Positions 45,245 to 56,034 of a stretch of DNA of 64,000 nt are shown in pieces; within the stretch, counting starts at the first letter, position 1; every line of letters starts with the position of its first letter. Below the pieces are notes generated by a model that worked only from the letters and a program-made list of their open reading frames with translations, ran no database searches and was not told the DNA's origin. This DNA is from an uncultured Planctomycetota bacterium. Its GTDB lineage: Bacteria; Planctomycetota; Planctomycetia; Isosphaerales; Isosphaeraceae. The translations under genes were made by a program, and so were the position numbers. Location of the stretch: the NCBI GenBank assembly GCA_963823665.1, contig CAWGMQ010000008.1, forward strand, positions 1,984,001 through 2,048,000. The letters are read 5' to 3'.

Positions 45245-45610
45245 TGTTTTGAATCAGTTGGAAATGGAATGACCACGGTTTCGAGTTAGCTTATAACTCG
45301 AATGGGAGGTCTTCCATGAGCAAGCCACGTAAGCACTACGATGCGGTCGAGAAAGTTGCCATCCTGCGACGCCATCTCATGGAGCGTATCCCCGTCTCTG
45401 ATCTTTGCGATCAGTACGACATCCAGCCATCGATGTTCTACAACTGGCAGAAACAGTTGTTCGAGAACGGGGCCGCAGCCTTTGGGCAGACTCGCTCGGC
45501 ACCGGAGAAGCACCAGGAGCGCAGAATCGCTGCTCTTCAGGATAAACTGCAGCGCAAGAACGAGGTCGTGTCCGAGCTGCTGGAAGAGCACGTCAAACTA
45601 AAAAAAGTTC
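45245..45610 (+). mobile_element. IS3-family 5' fragment (IRL plus orfA), near-identical to the 53699-55297 element
   Basis: TGTTTTGAATCAGTTGGAAATGGAAT; orfA from 45316 cut just after AAAAAAAG by ISL3. Confidence 0.9.
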
Positions 45611-45680
45611 GGGTCTTCGGCAGAATTTGTGGGTTGAAAAACGATGCAGCAGCTCGGCTCGGGCTCGACAGGAGGGTTCT

Positions 45681-45747
45681 CCCTCCCACCTTCACATTCG
45701 GTCCGCCCTGCTAGGTTGAGGGCGAAGCGAAGGTGAAGGCGGGAGGG
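45681..45747. other. 28-11-28 hairpin homologous to 5336-5402
   Basis: ccctcccaccttcacattcggtccgccc-tgctaggttga-gggcgaagcgaaggtgaaggcgggaggg. Confidence 0.8.
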
Positions 45748-45904
45748 GTAGGCGAAGTTCACATTTGATGGTTCAGTTTTAAATAGCTCTTCGCGGACTC
45801 GTTCTTGAGAAAGGTTTTTTTGAAGAAGGTAGGGTAGTGCATCGTGCGCGGCCGTCGGTTAGGGAAGGGTTACCAAGACCATCCCAATCGAGAGGCCCCA
45901 CACG

Positions 45905-47158
45905 ATGCTCCTCAAGACTACCCTCAATCGCATTGCACCGCAAAAGTCCTTCGTGTACGGCAAGGTAAGTTTGGTCTCGAAAGGAAAGCAACTTGCCTTG
46001 GAGGTAGAAATTGAAGCCCGCCGCAACAGCCGAGCTGTTTGCTCCGGGTGCCACCGTAAGCGAGCCGGGTATGATCAACTACCTGTACGAAGGTTCGAGT
46101 TCGTGCCGCTCTGGCAGATCGCTGTGTTCTTTGTCTACGCAATGAGGCGCGTTGACTGCCCGAAGTGCGGTGTGATCGTCGAAGAGGTCCCGTGGAGTGA
46201 CGGCAAGAGCCCGGTGACTACGGCCTACCGATGGTTTCTAGCCGGTTGGGCCAAGCGGCTCTCGTGGCTGGAAGTCGCCTTGATATTCCATACTACCTGG
46301 GAAACTGTGTACCGCTCGGTCGAGTATGCAGTCGCATGGGGCTTGGCGAGACGGACGATGACCGGAATCAAGGCCATCGCTGTAGACGAAGTGCAGTGGC
46401 AAAGGGGCCATCATTACCTGACGCTGGTTTACCAGATTGACGCTGGGTTCAGGCGGTTGCTCTGGATTGGGTTGGACCGGACGGAGGAAAGCCTGCGTGG
46501 CTTTTTCCAAACCATAACCGACGAGACCAAGAACTCGATCCGCTATCTATGCAGCGATATGTGGAAACCGTACCTCAACGTGCTGGCCCAAGAGGTTTCT
46601 GGCGCGATCCACGTGCTCGACCGCTTTCACATCATGCAAGCGATGAATAAGGCGATCGACGAAGTACGTGCCGAGGAAGCGCGCCGGCTGAAGCGAGATG
46701 GCTACGAGCCAGTCCTGAAACGGGCGCGATGGTGCCTGCTGAAGCGGCCGGAGAACCTAACAAAGAAGCAGACCGTGAGATTGGCCGAACTGGTGCAGTA
46801 CAACCTAAAGTCCGTGAGAAGCTATCTTTTGCGGGAGGATTTTCAGCGTTTCTGGACTTACCAATATCACGGCTGGGCGAGTCGATTTCTGCACGAGTGG
46901 TGCACCAGGACGATGCGATCAAAGATCGAGCCAATGAAGAAAGTGGCTCGAAGGCTTCGCAGCCATGAAGAATTGATCCTGAATTGGTTCAAGGCCCGTG
47001 GGACGATTTCCGCAGGCATTGCAGAGGGCCTGAACAACAAGGTGAAATTGACGACGAGAAAGGCGTACGGTTTTCGGACGTTCGATGCAGTGAAAAACGC
47101 CTTGTATCACAGCCTTGGCGCCCTGCCTGAGCCAGAATTTACCCACAGATTCTGCTGA
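45905..47158 (+). CDS. ISL3-family transposase
   Basis: CSGC...CPKC zinc finger, IAVDE, CSDMWKPY, LDRFH, EGLNNKVK...AYGFR. Confidence 0.95.
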   Translation: MLLKTTLNRIAPQKSFVYGKVSLVSKGKQLALEVEIEARRNSRAVCSGCHRKRAGYDQLPVRRFEFVPLWQIAVFFVYAMRRVDCPKCGVIVEEVPWSDGKSPVTTAYRWFLAGWAKRLSWLEVALIFHTTWETVYRSVEYAVAWGLARRTMTGIKAIAVDEVQWQRGHHYLTLVYQIDAGFRRLLWIGLDRTEESLRGFFQTITDETKNSIRYLCSDMWKPYLNVLAQEVSGAIHVLDRFHIMQAMNKAIDEVRAEEARRLKRDGYEPVLKRARWCLLKRPENLTKKQTVRLAELVQYNLKSVRSYLLREDFQRFWTYQYHGWASRFLHEWCTRTMRSKIEPMKKVARRLRSHEELILNWFKARGTISAGIAEGLNNKVKLTTRKAYGFRTFDAVKNALYHSLGALPEPEFTHRFC

Positions 47159-47164
47159 GGAGGC

Positions 47165-47929
47165 CAAATTTCAAGATGTCGGCCATGGCTGTGGATCTAA
47201 TCCAGTCGGGCATGGCGTACTCGGCCGCGGGATGGATGAGTCGATTGAGCGTCATCATGCACGTAACCTTGATTATCCAGGCCGAGAACCCGAGCGATTT
47301 CAAGATCTCGTCGAGCCCCAATCGCTTCCAGAATTCATAACCGACATGAATATGCCCAGCCGGCCGGGGATCCTCGAACGTCAGTCGATTGAAGTGCACC
47401 GACACGAGGTCATCCGGCGAAACCGTGGTAACCTCGGACGTGGAACTGGCCCCGCTGGGCGTGGTCGTTGCGGGGAGGCTCTTTACGAGCCGATCCAATT
47501 CTGGGTCCTCGTCCGCCATGCCCGGCAAGGACATCTGGCCGGTGAGCGCATCTTGGAGCTTTCGAGCCAGGGCCAGCCATTCTTCGGGTGGCTTTGGCGA
47601 GAGGTCGCCGAGGGAACACACGACCTTCTGACGAGGTCCTTTCTCTGTGAGGACCGACTCGACCAGAAGATAATTGACGTATGTTCGATCTTTATATCGA
47701 CGGACGGTTTTTCGAACGTACATGGTCACTAGAGATGACAATTCGAGCGTGCAAATACAAGACTGATCGAAACGGATTTAGTCACTATTTCTGACGGTGG
47801 CGTTTAAAGTGGACTGAAGCCAGTCGCCCATGCTCGCCAATCCGCGCAGATTTAACTGAAAATATCAATATACATATACTGCGACGAATGCGCAAAGCTA
47901 TCTCCTAATTCCTTCCTGCGAAAGTCGGG
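47165..47929 (-). mobile_element. IS1634-family element, 5' fragment (transposase N-terminus from 47723)
   Basis: MYVRKTVRRYK...YLLVESVLTEKGPRQKVVCSLG...WKRLGLDEIL...LNRLIHP; end CCCGACTTTCGCAGG at 47929. Confidence 0.8.
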
Positions 47930-48237
47930 CTAACGTGCCCCGCGCCACCGCGCAGCGGTGGTCAAAAGATCCCGAGGTCCGAAAGATGGCCGAGGAACTT
48001 CGGCGCCGCGCGCTCGATCGAGCGGTCGGCAAGGTTGCCATGCGTTCGACCTGGGTGATGGATCGGATCACCCGGATCGCGACGGAAGGCGACTCGGACG
48101 AGGTGTGCCTGAAGGCGCTCCGCGGCCTGCTCGCGGAGATGATCACCGTTTCCAAATACAGCGGGCTCGAAACCCGCCTGGCCGGAGTCGAGGAGACGCT
48201 TGATGCGCGGCGTGGACACGCGGGTCGAGCGGTGTAA
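47930..48237 (+). pseudogene. Terminase-small-subunit-like HTH protein, 5' end removed by IS1634
   Basis: NVPRATAQRWSKDPEVRK...LETRLAGVEE; directly precedes the terL fragment. Confidence 0.5.
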
Positions 48238-48475
48238 GGCCCTGTCGGGGCCGACGACATGCGCCGATGTCGCCGACCGCTCGCCGTGGCGCTGGTACGC
48301 GCACGACTGCCCCTGTGGGTTTCCACCCGGGAATGCCGCGAGCATCCTCGGGCGAGAAACCCAGCGACCGCCGCCGGGTGACTGGCGGGTTTGGGGCTAC
48401 GTGGCCGGACCGCGGGGCAGGCAAGACGCGAGCTGGGGCCGCGTGGATCCAGCAACGGGTCGAGGACGGCGTCAG
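48200..48475 (+). pseudogene. Terminase large subunit N-terminal fragment
   Basis: Across frameshifts reads QRPPPGDWRVWGYVAG/RGAGKTRAGAAWIQQRV (adenine-binding Q and Walker A); truncated at ~48475. Confidence 0.75.
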
Positions 48476-48734
48476 ACGTCCAAACCAGCACAGCAGCGAT
48501 AAATGATGTCCATCGGCTGCTCAATTGCGACCAGTCCGCGCCGGCGGGTCGACCTCGCGCGTAGAGCAATTTACTCTTCGTGCTCCCTCGGGACCGAGGG
48601 GCAACAAGGTGGGGTTCGACATTGATGTCAGGCACAAAGCCCGCTGAATCGCTGCCGTGAATTGATGCGAAGAGTAGTCCGGTCGTTCGCCGTTACTGAC
48701 ACCAATCAAGCTGAGCAGTGCACACTAAACAAAC

Positions 48735-50750
48735 TCACCGAGGCGCAGGCTGGTTCTTTGCAAGATCGGATACGTCGCTCCGGAAAGGGGCGGAACCGTC
48801 AGTCGATACTGCCGCGTGTGCTGTTCCGTTCCTCCGTGTTTTTTCCGAGGACCAGCCTCTCGCCACGGCCAGCGCCGATGCGGCTCTTATAATTCCGTCA
48901 ACGTCGAGACTGACTTCTGCAAGTTGCTCCTCGCGCTCGGCGTGGAGGACAAAGCGGTCGGGTAATCCGAGTCGTCGAACGTGAGCGGTCGAAAGACCAG
49001 TCTCGTTCGCTAATTCGAGTACGGCCGAACCGAAGCCCCCCATTAGCGAGGCCTCTTCGATTGTTAGCACGAAACCGCATTCCTCGATCGCTTTGCAGAT
49101 CGTCTGACGATCCAATGGCTTGACGAATCGAGCATTAACCACTCCAACTCTCATTCCGTACTCGTTTCGTAATGACTCAGCCGCCTGGAGGCAACTGCCA
49201 ACCATCGCTCCGCAGGCTAGGAGCATCCCATCGGTTTCCCATTCGAGAATCTCAGCCTGTCCGAGTTCAAATTGTTGAACCTCTCGATCGATCCTGTAAA
49301 TGTTGGCTCGGGGATATCGAATCGCAACCGGAGAGGTGTGTTTTAAAGCAAATGCGAACATAGGCGCGATATCATCCTCGTCGCCTGGCGCGATTACCAC
49401 CATGTTTGGAAATACTCGCAAGTACGAAAGATCATAGATGCCGTGATGTGTCGGGCCATCCGGTCCGACAAGGCCAGCGCGATCGAGACAGAATACAACC
49501 GGCAGATTTTGGAGGGCAACTTCTTGGAAGATCTGGTCATACGATCGTTGCAGAAAGGTACTATAAATATCAACAACCGGTCGGGCACCGGCCTTTGCCA
49601 TGCCTGCTGCAAATGCGACAGCGTGGCTTTCACAAATACCAACATCAAAAAACTGATTAGGAAAAGTGTCTCGAATCTTTTGCAGCTTGTTCCCTTCACA
49701 CATCGCAGCTGTTATCACAGCTACTTTCTGATCACGACGGCAGGACTCAAACAGAGCTTCGCTCACGGCGTCCGTATATGTGCGGTTCGACGAGGGTTTG
49801 ATCGAAACGACGCTGTTGCCGAGTTTCTCAAATGGTGCGGGTGCGTGGAATCTAACTGGATCTTTCACGGCTGGTTCGAATCCGTGTCCCTTGTTTGTCA
49901 ACACATGCAACAAGACCGGCCCATCTAACGTCTTAACCTGCTCAAGGTAGCTGCGCAGCGTCTTCAGATCATGGCCATCGATAGGCCCAAGGTAAACGAA
50001 TCCCAGCTCCTCGAACAATACTCCGTGGCGCAGCGACGCCTTTATTGCATCCTTGAACTGCTGAAGCCAGCGATCAGCGTGCTCGCCGACTACCGGGATG
50101 CTTGCCAGAACTGACTTAAGCCGCTTCTTCCAATCATGGTAGGTCGTCGACATGCGCGTACGATCGAGGTAGTTAGCCAAACCTCCGACTCGTGGGCAGA
50201 TCGACATTTTATTATCATTTAGAATTACCAATAGTTTCGTCCCCAGGCCACTCGCATTGTTAAACGCTTCGAACACAATTCCAGAAGGCAAAGCACCATC
50301 GCCGACAACAGCAACTGCGTGTCGATCATAGGCACCTACGAGTTCGTCGCCAACCTTGAGACCAAGTACGGTGGAAGGCGCACAACCCGCGTGTCCAGTC
50401 ATGAATAGATCGAACGGGCTCTCCGATGGGTCGGGATAACCCATCAGCCCTCCTCGGGTACGAATCGTATGCAGGCGTTCAGCACGCCCTGTGATGAGCT
50501 TTTGCGGATAAATCTGGTGACCCGTGTCCCAGATCAAACGGTCGTGGGTGAAGTCAAATGTGAGATGAAGTGCCAGACAGAGTTCGACAACACCGAGGTT
50601 GCTTGCGAAATGCGCGGAGCGGCGCCCAAGTACGCCAACGAGTTCGCTGCGCATCTCAGACGCAAGCTGATTAAGTTCGGCTTCGCTCAATCGCCTGAGA
50701 TCAGTGGGTGAGTGGATTCTATGAAGCACCGATTCCACGTGGCTCATCAA
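48735..50750 (-). CDS. dxs: 1-deoxy-D-xylulose-5-phosphate synthase
   Basis: HFASNLGVVEL, WDTGHQ, GDGA...LNDNKMSI, YLGPIDGHD, DVGICESHAV, YSTFLQR, DGPTHHG. Confidence 0.97.
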   Translation of the reverse strand: MMSHVESVLHRIHSPTDLRRLSEAELNQLASEMRSELVGVLGRRSAHFASNLGVVELCLALHLTFDFTHDRLIWDTGHQIYPQKLITGRAERLHTIRTRGGLMGYPDPSESPFDLFMTGHAGCAPSTVLGLKVGDELVGAYDRHAVAVVGDGALPSGIVFEAFNNASGLGTKLLVILNDNKMSICPRVGGLANYLDRTRMSTTYHDWKKRLKSVLASIPVVGEHADRWLQQFKDAIKASLRHGVLFEELGFVYLGPIDGHDLKTLRSYLEQVKTLDGPVLLHVLTNKGHGFEPAVKDPVRFHAPAPFEKLGNSVVSIKPSSNRTYTDAVSEALFESCRRDQKVAVITAAMCEGNKLQKIRDTFPNQFFDVGICESHAVAFAAGMAKAGARPVVDIYSTFLQRSYDQIFQEVALQNLPVVFCLDRAGLVGPDGPTHHGIYDLSYLRVFPNMVVIAPGDEDDIAPMFAFALKHTSPVAIRYPRANIYRIDREVQQFELGQAEILEWETDGMLLACGAMVGSCLQAAESLRNEYGMRVGVVNARFVKPLDRQTICKAIEECGFVLTIEEASLMGGFGSAVLELANETGLSTAHVRRLGLPDRFVLHAEREEQLAEVSLDVDGIIRAASALAVARGWSSEKTRRNGTAHAAVSTDGSAPFRSDVSDLAKNQPAPR

Positions 50751-51718
50751 CGATCCCTTTCCACGAGAGCTAACGCCAAGTGTCTCAAATTGTCACCGAG
50801 TTCGCCAAGCGACTCAATCGCTGAACTCGCTTCCTCGGCTAACTCCCGAGCCCGCCGGCGGCTAGCGTCGATACCCAAAAACTCTGGGTACGTCCACTTG
50901 CCTAACTCAGTATCCTTGCCGACCCGTTTTCCCAGTTTGGACTCCTCGCCCTGTACGTCAAGAAGATCATCGACGATCTGAAAAGCCAATCCGATTGCGT
51001 TTCCGTATTGGTCAAGTGCATTCAGCCACTGTTCGGAAGCACCGACGATGACAGCTCCCATCTGCAGTGGAGCACGAAGCAGCGCCCCGGTCTTTCGGCG
51101 GTGGATGGCCTCTAACATGTGCAGTGTGCCAGTCGTTATTGCCGAGATGTTTTGATTGGATCCACTGTTTTCTTGCGCATTGCACGCAGCCGCCTGAAGG
51201 TCTGCCATTTGACCGCCTACCATCCCGTTAGCCCCCGATGCCTCAGCGAGAATCGTCAAGCACCGTAACGCAATCATTTCGGGTCTAATTTCACGAGCTA
51301 GCACTTCAAATGCGAGTGTGAGGAGACTATCTCCTGCTAGGATGGCCGTAGCTTCGTCGAATGCTCTGTGACAAGTCAAACGCCCACGACGTAGGTCGTC
51401 ATTGTCCATCGCCGGCAGGTCGTCGTGTATCAGTGAGTAAGTATGAACCATTTCTAACGCACAGGCAGCCGGAATCGCTGCTTCGCTGTCGCCGCCACAT
51501 GCATCAGCAGCCATGAGACAGAGGATACCGCGAAGCCGTTTCCCTCCGTTTAGTACACTGTATCGCATCGCCGAAGCTAGCCGCGCTGGACATGCAGTGT
51601 CGGGATCGTTGGTGACTTCCGGTAGATACGCCTTCAAAGCTATCTCGATACTACGACGTGTTTGCTCGACATAAACACATAGCGGTGATCCTTCGATCAA
51701 TGTGGTGGCCGAATTCAT
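50747..51718 (-). CDS. ispA: Farnesyl/geranylgeranyl diphosphate synthase
   Basis: GGKRLR, SLIHDDLPAMDNDDLRRG, GQMADL, KTGAL, FQIVDDLLD; ATGA overlap with dxs. Confidence 0.95.
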   Translation of the reverse strand: MNSATTLIEGSPLCVYVEQTRRSIEIALKAYLPEVTNDPDTACPARLASAMRYSVLNGGKRLRGILCLMAADACGGDSEAAIPAACALEMVHTYSLIHDDLPAMDNDDLRRGRLTCHRAFDEATAILAGDSLLTLAFEVLAREIRPEMIALRCLTILAEASGANGMVGGQMADLQAAACNAQENSGSNQNISAITTGTLHMLEAIHRRKTGALLRAPLQMGAVIVGASEQWLNALDQYGNAIGLAFQIVDDLLDVQGEESKLGKRVGKDTELGKWTYPEFLGIDASRRRARELAEEASSAIESLGELGDNLRHLALALVERDR

Positions 51719-52229
51719 GATCGCGCCATACGTCAGTACCTCGGATAACACCGAAGCAATAACTCAGCGTTCCTTCGTCAAAAGGCAACTCGAGCAAAAA
51801 TTTTTATCAAACTTCGGCAGTGGAGCGTGTCGGTTCATTGTTTCCCACTGGGTCCCGAATGTCTACAGGAGAGTCCCAATTCCGTACCCGTTTCGCATTG
51901 AGTACGTAGTTGAGACGTTGTACGCCATGAGCACGCGTCTCAACCACTTCCCGCCAAGATCGTCTGTACTTGGCGTACTCTGCAGCCCCGTCAAGAGTTC
52001 TTATACCGATCCTTCGACCGTTCGCCGGCCTCTGTGGGTCTGTGTTGCGTCATACTCATAGAGGACTCGGTTGCCTGTCACCGTCCCTCAGGTCAAACCC
52101 TCTGATGATCATTCACGCGGCCAATCCCCGGTTCGCGTCGCACTTACTCGAACACAATCCTTTGTCCCGAACCAAGTTCGCAACGGCTCGCGTGAGCCGA
52201 TTTCGAGCGGTCTGGCGTCGGTCTCAACG

Positions 52230-53068
52230 ATCCTCCATCGATCCGCGTGAGCGTTCCCCGCGCCCTTTCGTCTGTGGACTCCCTGTCAAGATCAAGTCGA
52301 TTCTCAGCTCTGACATTGCTCGTTCGAACAGTGTCATCGCCTGGTTCTGTTTACCACGGGATGCGATCTCGAAAATACTGTCGTAGTCAGTGTAGAACGC
52401 CATAGGACGGCCGTCCTTTGCCAGTCATCGGCCAACCAGGTCAAAGTATGCTTCCACCGTCTCACCGGGATAAAAGCGCGCCATGACTCGATTTGTCGCT
52501 TCGCCGATCATGCAAACCAGCACCACCTCTTCAACACGGCGTTCGGGTCAGGAATGCAACGACGCGTCCATATGGACCAACTCTCCAATGCACGATCGTC
52601 GTGGCCGACGACCTCGATGTTGATCGCGTCGCCGCTGTGGTGACACACCCATCCGCTATCAACCAACGCCTCAGCGTGTCTGCTGAGACCTCCAGACTTC
52701 GATAAGCCATCACCTCACTGGCGAGTGTCGGTCCGAAGTCGGTGAGTTCCTCCTGGTATAGTTCCACGGCATTCAGTCGAAGCTCTTGGTTAAACTGGCG
52801 GTTCGATGCTCGTCCTCTCAGACGATGAACAATGCCGCTATCACCTTCGGCCTCCAGGCGTCGCTGGAAGCGACGCACTTGCCGCTCGCTCTCACGCAAC
52901 AACCGTGCTGCCTCTGCCTGCGTGCGCTCACCACGAAGAACAGCACTCATGATCTTCAGCACATCTCGCTCTCACTGGCTCATCGAGATCCGGTTCTCCA
53001 TATGACCCTCCTTGGCGCTTCGCCATGTTGGGTCGATTGGAACCGGACATTTCTATTGTCCTATGACA
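52230..53068 (-). mobile_element. IS1202-type (ISNCY) element remnant with broken transposase
   Basis: End TGTCATAGGACAATAGAAATGTCC at 53068; MENRISMSQ*ERDVLK...HRLRGRASNR...DFGPTLASE; downstream AFYTDYDSIF...SPQTKGRGER. Confidence 0.75.
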
Positions 53069-53952
53069 AAGTCCAAGACTAACATTGACTAAGCAATACA
53101 TGCTTGATCACCTGGCAATTCTGTTAGTCAAAAGTGCCTCCTTGGGAATCCAGGCAGACCAGCCGGCCACGTTTAGTGTGTTGATGCGGGCGCCCACGAG
53201 CGCGGGGTGGCCGCAAGGAATCGGGAATATCGTCGACGATGGTGCAGTTACTCAGTCGCTCGCACTGTCGCCGACATCGTCGACGAACCGCGAGTATGCC
53301 TTCATCGCTGCTACATACACATTGACTCAACCGCCCGGCGGCGCCTCCTATTTCTTCGGCAAACTCTCGGGCAGCTTTCTTCGGCAAACTCCCGGGCAGC
53401 GCCAAGTTCGTCCCCGCCTGTGCGTTTTCGACGAGCCGCGCGAATGGGTCATTTGTGCTCAGGAAGCCCATGTATAGCACTCCGGCTGGTGGCGTCAAAA
53501 CTTCAACGATTGTGCAACGCTCAGGTCCGCCGTTCAAGACGGGACAGACTGCCACCGTCCTCTATACGGGATACCTCGCGAAGAATGACCATATCTTCGA
53601 CGATTCGCTGAATCACGGCGGAGCGTTTTTCAGCTTCACGCTCGGAGCGGGGCGGGTGATCTCCGAGTTAGACGAGGGAGCCACCGGCAAGCAGGTTGTG
53701 TAGTGGTTCAGCGTGAAATGGAATTCCCGGATTGCGTCGTTAGCTACTGGTGGAGAAACGATTGAGTGGAACGATTTAGCGCATTGGTACCAATCCCGAA
53801 GGTGAGGTGAGGGGCGGCTTCCTGCCGCCCTTCCTTCGGTCTTGGTCCCTGGGACGGCGCTCAGGTCGTGTCGCCACGGAGCCCTATCCTCCGCCCAGGC
53901 CATTGGCCATCGTAGATCCATTCGACGGGGCTGACAACTGCTTTGCCCTGCG

Positions 53953-54943
53953 TCAACCGACTTGACGCTGCTGGGCACGGACTTCTTTTCGGCGACTCCT
54001 TGCCGCCTCGAGTTTGCGATCTCGGTCAGCAAAGATCTGCTTGTCTCGACCGCACATCTTGGCCAGTGGTGTTACGTAGCCGATTGCACTATGAAGCCGC
54101 ACCTCGTTGTAGTGCCGCACATAGCCCTCGACCAAGCGGATGGCATCCTCCACTGAAAGAGGTGTTCCCGGACGAATGCATTCTGACTTGATCGAACGAT
54201 GCCATCGCTCGATCTTGCCATTACTCTGGGGATAGTACGGTGAGGTTCTCACGTGCGTCATACCGCAGATGCGGATGAATTCCTTGAAATCTCGAGCAAT
54301 GAACTGAGGTCCGTTGTCGCTGATGATCCGGGGAGACACCCCGGGATATTGCTCGAGAGCTCGCTGGATAATTGTTTCGACGTCGCCTTCTTCCATCTTG
54401 GGCCGGATTTCCCAGTGCACGATCGATCGGCTGTAGCCGTCGAGCAAACTGCAAAGGAAGAAAAAGGTGCCGAGGATGTTGATATAGGCAATGTCGACGT
54501 GCCAGTGCTCGTGCGGACCGAGCGGTTGCTGGAACCCTGTTCCTTTGAGCGAAGGCTTGGTGTTGTGGCGGTTCATTAGACCGGCGTCGCTGAGCACTCG
54601 GTACACGCTGGAAGGGCTGGTCGCAACAACGTCGGCATCGAGCATCATGAACGTAAGCCTGCGGTAACCCTCAAGCGGATTCTTGTCGTGAAACTCGATG
54701 ATCGCCTGCTTTTCCCAGTCTTCGAGCCACCAATCGCGGGGAATCCAACCGTTGTGCTCGTTGACTTTGCCGTAACGTTTTCGCCAGTCGTGGAACTTGC
54801 TCAGGCTGAAACCGATCCACTGGACGATTTGCTTGGCCGGGATTTCCGTCCGGTCCGACCAATAGCGAACGTAGTCGACGATCTGGTCACGAGTGTCGTG
54901 GGGAACCCAGGCTCCGGTCAGAGCTCCCCAAGAACTTTTTTTA
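53953..54943 (-). CDS. IS3 transposase OrfB via -1 frameshift
   Basis: WHVDIAYI...LLDGYSRSIVHW...SDNGPQF...SNGKIERWH; AAAAAAAG at ~54935-54942. Confidence 0.92.
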
Positions 54944-55226
54944 GATTGACGTGCTCTTCCAGCAGCTCGGACACGACCTCGTTCTTGCGCTGCAGTTTAT
55001 CCTGAAGAGCAGCGATTCTGCGCTCCTGGTGCTTCTCCGGTGCCGAGCGAGTCTGCCCAAAGGCTGCGGCCCCGTTCTCGAACAACTGTTTCTGCCAGTT
55101 GTAGAACATCGATGGCTGGATGTCGTACTGATCGCAAAGATCAGAGACGGGGATACGCTCCATGAGATGGCGTCGCAGGATGGCAACTTTCTCGACCGCA
55201 TCGTAGTGCTTACGTGGCTTGCTCAT
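54918..55226 (-). CDS. IS3 transposase OrfA
   Basis: RKHYDAVEKVAILRRH...VSDLCDQYDIQPSMFYNW. Confidence 0.92.
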   Translation of the reverse strand: MSKPRKHYDAVEKVAILRRHLMERIPVSDLCDQYDIQPSMFYNWQKQLFENGAAAFGQTRSAPEKHQERRIAALQDKLQRKNEVVSELLEEHVNLKKVLGEL

Positions 55227-55529
55227 GGAAGACCTCCCATTCGAGTTATAAGCTAACTCGAAACCGCGGTCATTCCATTTCCAACTGATTCAAAACAGTT
55301 GGAGAAACTCGAATTGTGCTAGTCCCTTCGGCCGAAGCCTACGGCGCCCGCGCTTACGGGTCCATTCCGAGACACTCGACCCTTACTTTGTGCTGACACT
55401 TCAATCAATTGCGTCGCAGTTCTTGCGCTTCCCGCCGCGAATAGCCATCAAGAACCGCAGCGAGTCGGACCTCCCAGCGCAAACAGTTCCCATTGCTCGG
55501 CCCGCCGCGAGTGAAGGCACCGAGCCAAT

Positions 55530-55897
55530 TGGAGGCGGCGGGAATTGCTCCCGCGTCCCGAGAAGCATCAACGACGGCCTCTACGTGCGTAGCCGATCAT
55601 TTGATTGTCGGCCTCAAGGCCCCGATCGGCAGGGTCCTGTTCGGCTTAGCCAGTCATGAGTTTAACCCGAGCAGCAACCAGCGGTTAGGCTCGAGCGATC
55701 CCGAATTGGCGTCCCCGGCCGCGTCTCTCGGGCGAAAACGCAGCGCGAGGCCGTCGCTGTTTTTTAGGCAGCGAGACGGAGTGGCGCAACATTGCTGTTG
55801 GCACTTAAAGTTTTGGTCGGCTTTTTACGAGGCCCGCTGACCAACCTCGGCACGCCACCAGTCGCGTCAGACATCCGGTCGATCCTGGTTCGCCCCC
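55530..55897 (-). ncRNA. ssrA: tmRNA; tag ANSNVAPLRLAA
   Basis: 5' GGGGGCGAACCAGGATCGAC; 3' GACGCGGGAGCAATTCCCGCCGCCTCCA; tag frame 55802-55764 ending LAA-TAA; smpB upstream; 3' CCA not encoded. Confidence 0.95.
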
Positions 55898-56034
55898 CGT
55901 AAGTGAAACACATCGTGGATCTAAGCTTTCGCTCAGCTACTCTCATTATGGGCCGTACGCCCGACGTCAAGCAACTTCGCCGGCCGCTCCCTGCCGCAGC
56001 CAGACCCCAACAGAGCTGAATTTCAACTCGACAC

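Larger units (their letters stand above)
45611..47164 (+). mobile_element. ISL3-family element
   Basis: IRs GGGTCTTCGGCAGAATTTGTGGGT / GCCTCCTCAGCAGAATCTGTGGGT. Confidence 0.88.
53699..55297 (-). mobile_element. IS3-family element, complete, with 4-bp target duplication GTTG
   Basis: IRs TGTAGTGGTTCAGCGTGAAATGGAAT / TGTTTTGAATCAGTTGGAAATGGAAT; GTTG at 53695-53698 and 55298-55301. Confidence 0.95.
53470..55420 (+). pseudogene. FKBP-type peptidyl-prolyl isomerase split by IS3
   Basis: ATVLYTGYL...IFDDS...FTLGAGRVI...GKQV | GETRIVLVPSAEAYG...IPRHSTL resumes in frame after the IS. Confidence 0.85.

Noticed and set aside
53069..53110. XerCD/dif-like target beside the IS1202-type end
   Set aside because: The flank shows no recognisable 11-6-11 dif-like dyad
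55500..55560. Island integrated at the ssrA 3' end
   Set aside because: I saw no duplicated tmRNA 3' end and no adjacent integrase in the window; a partner could lie outside it
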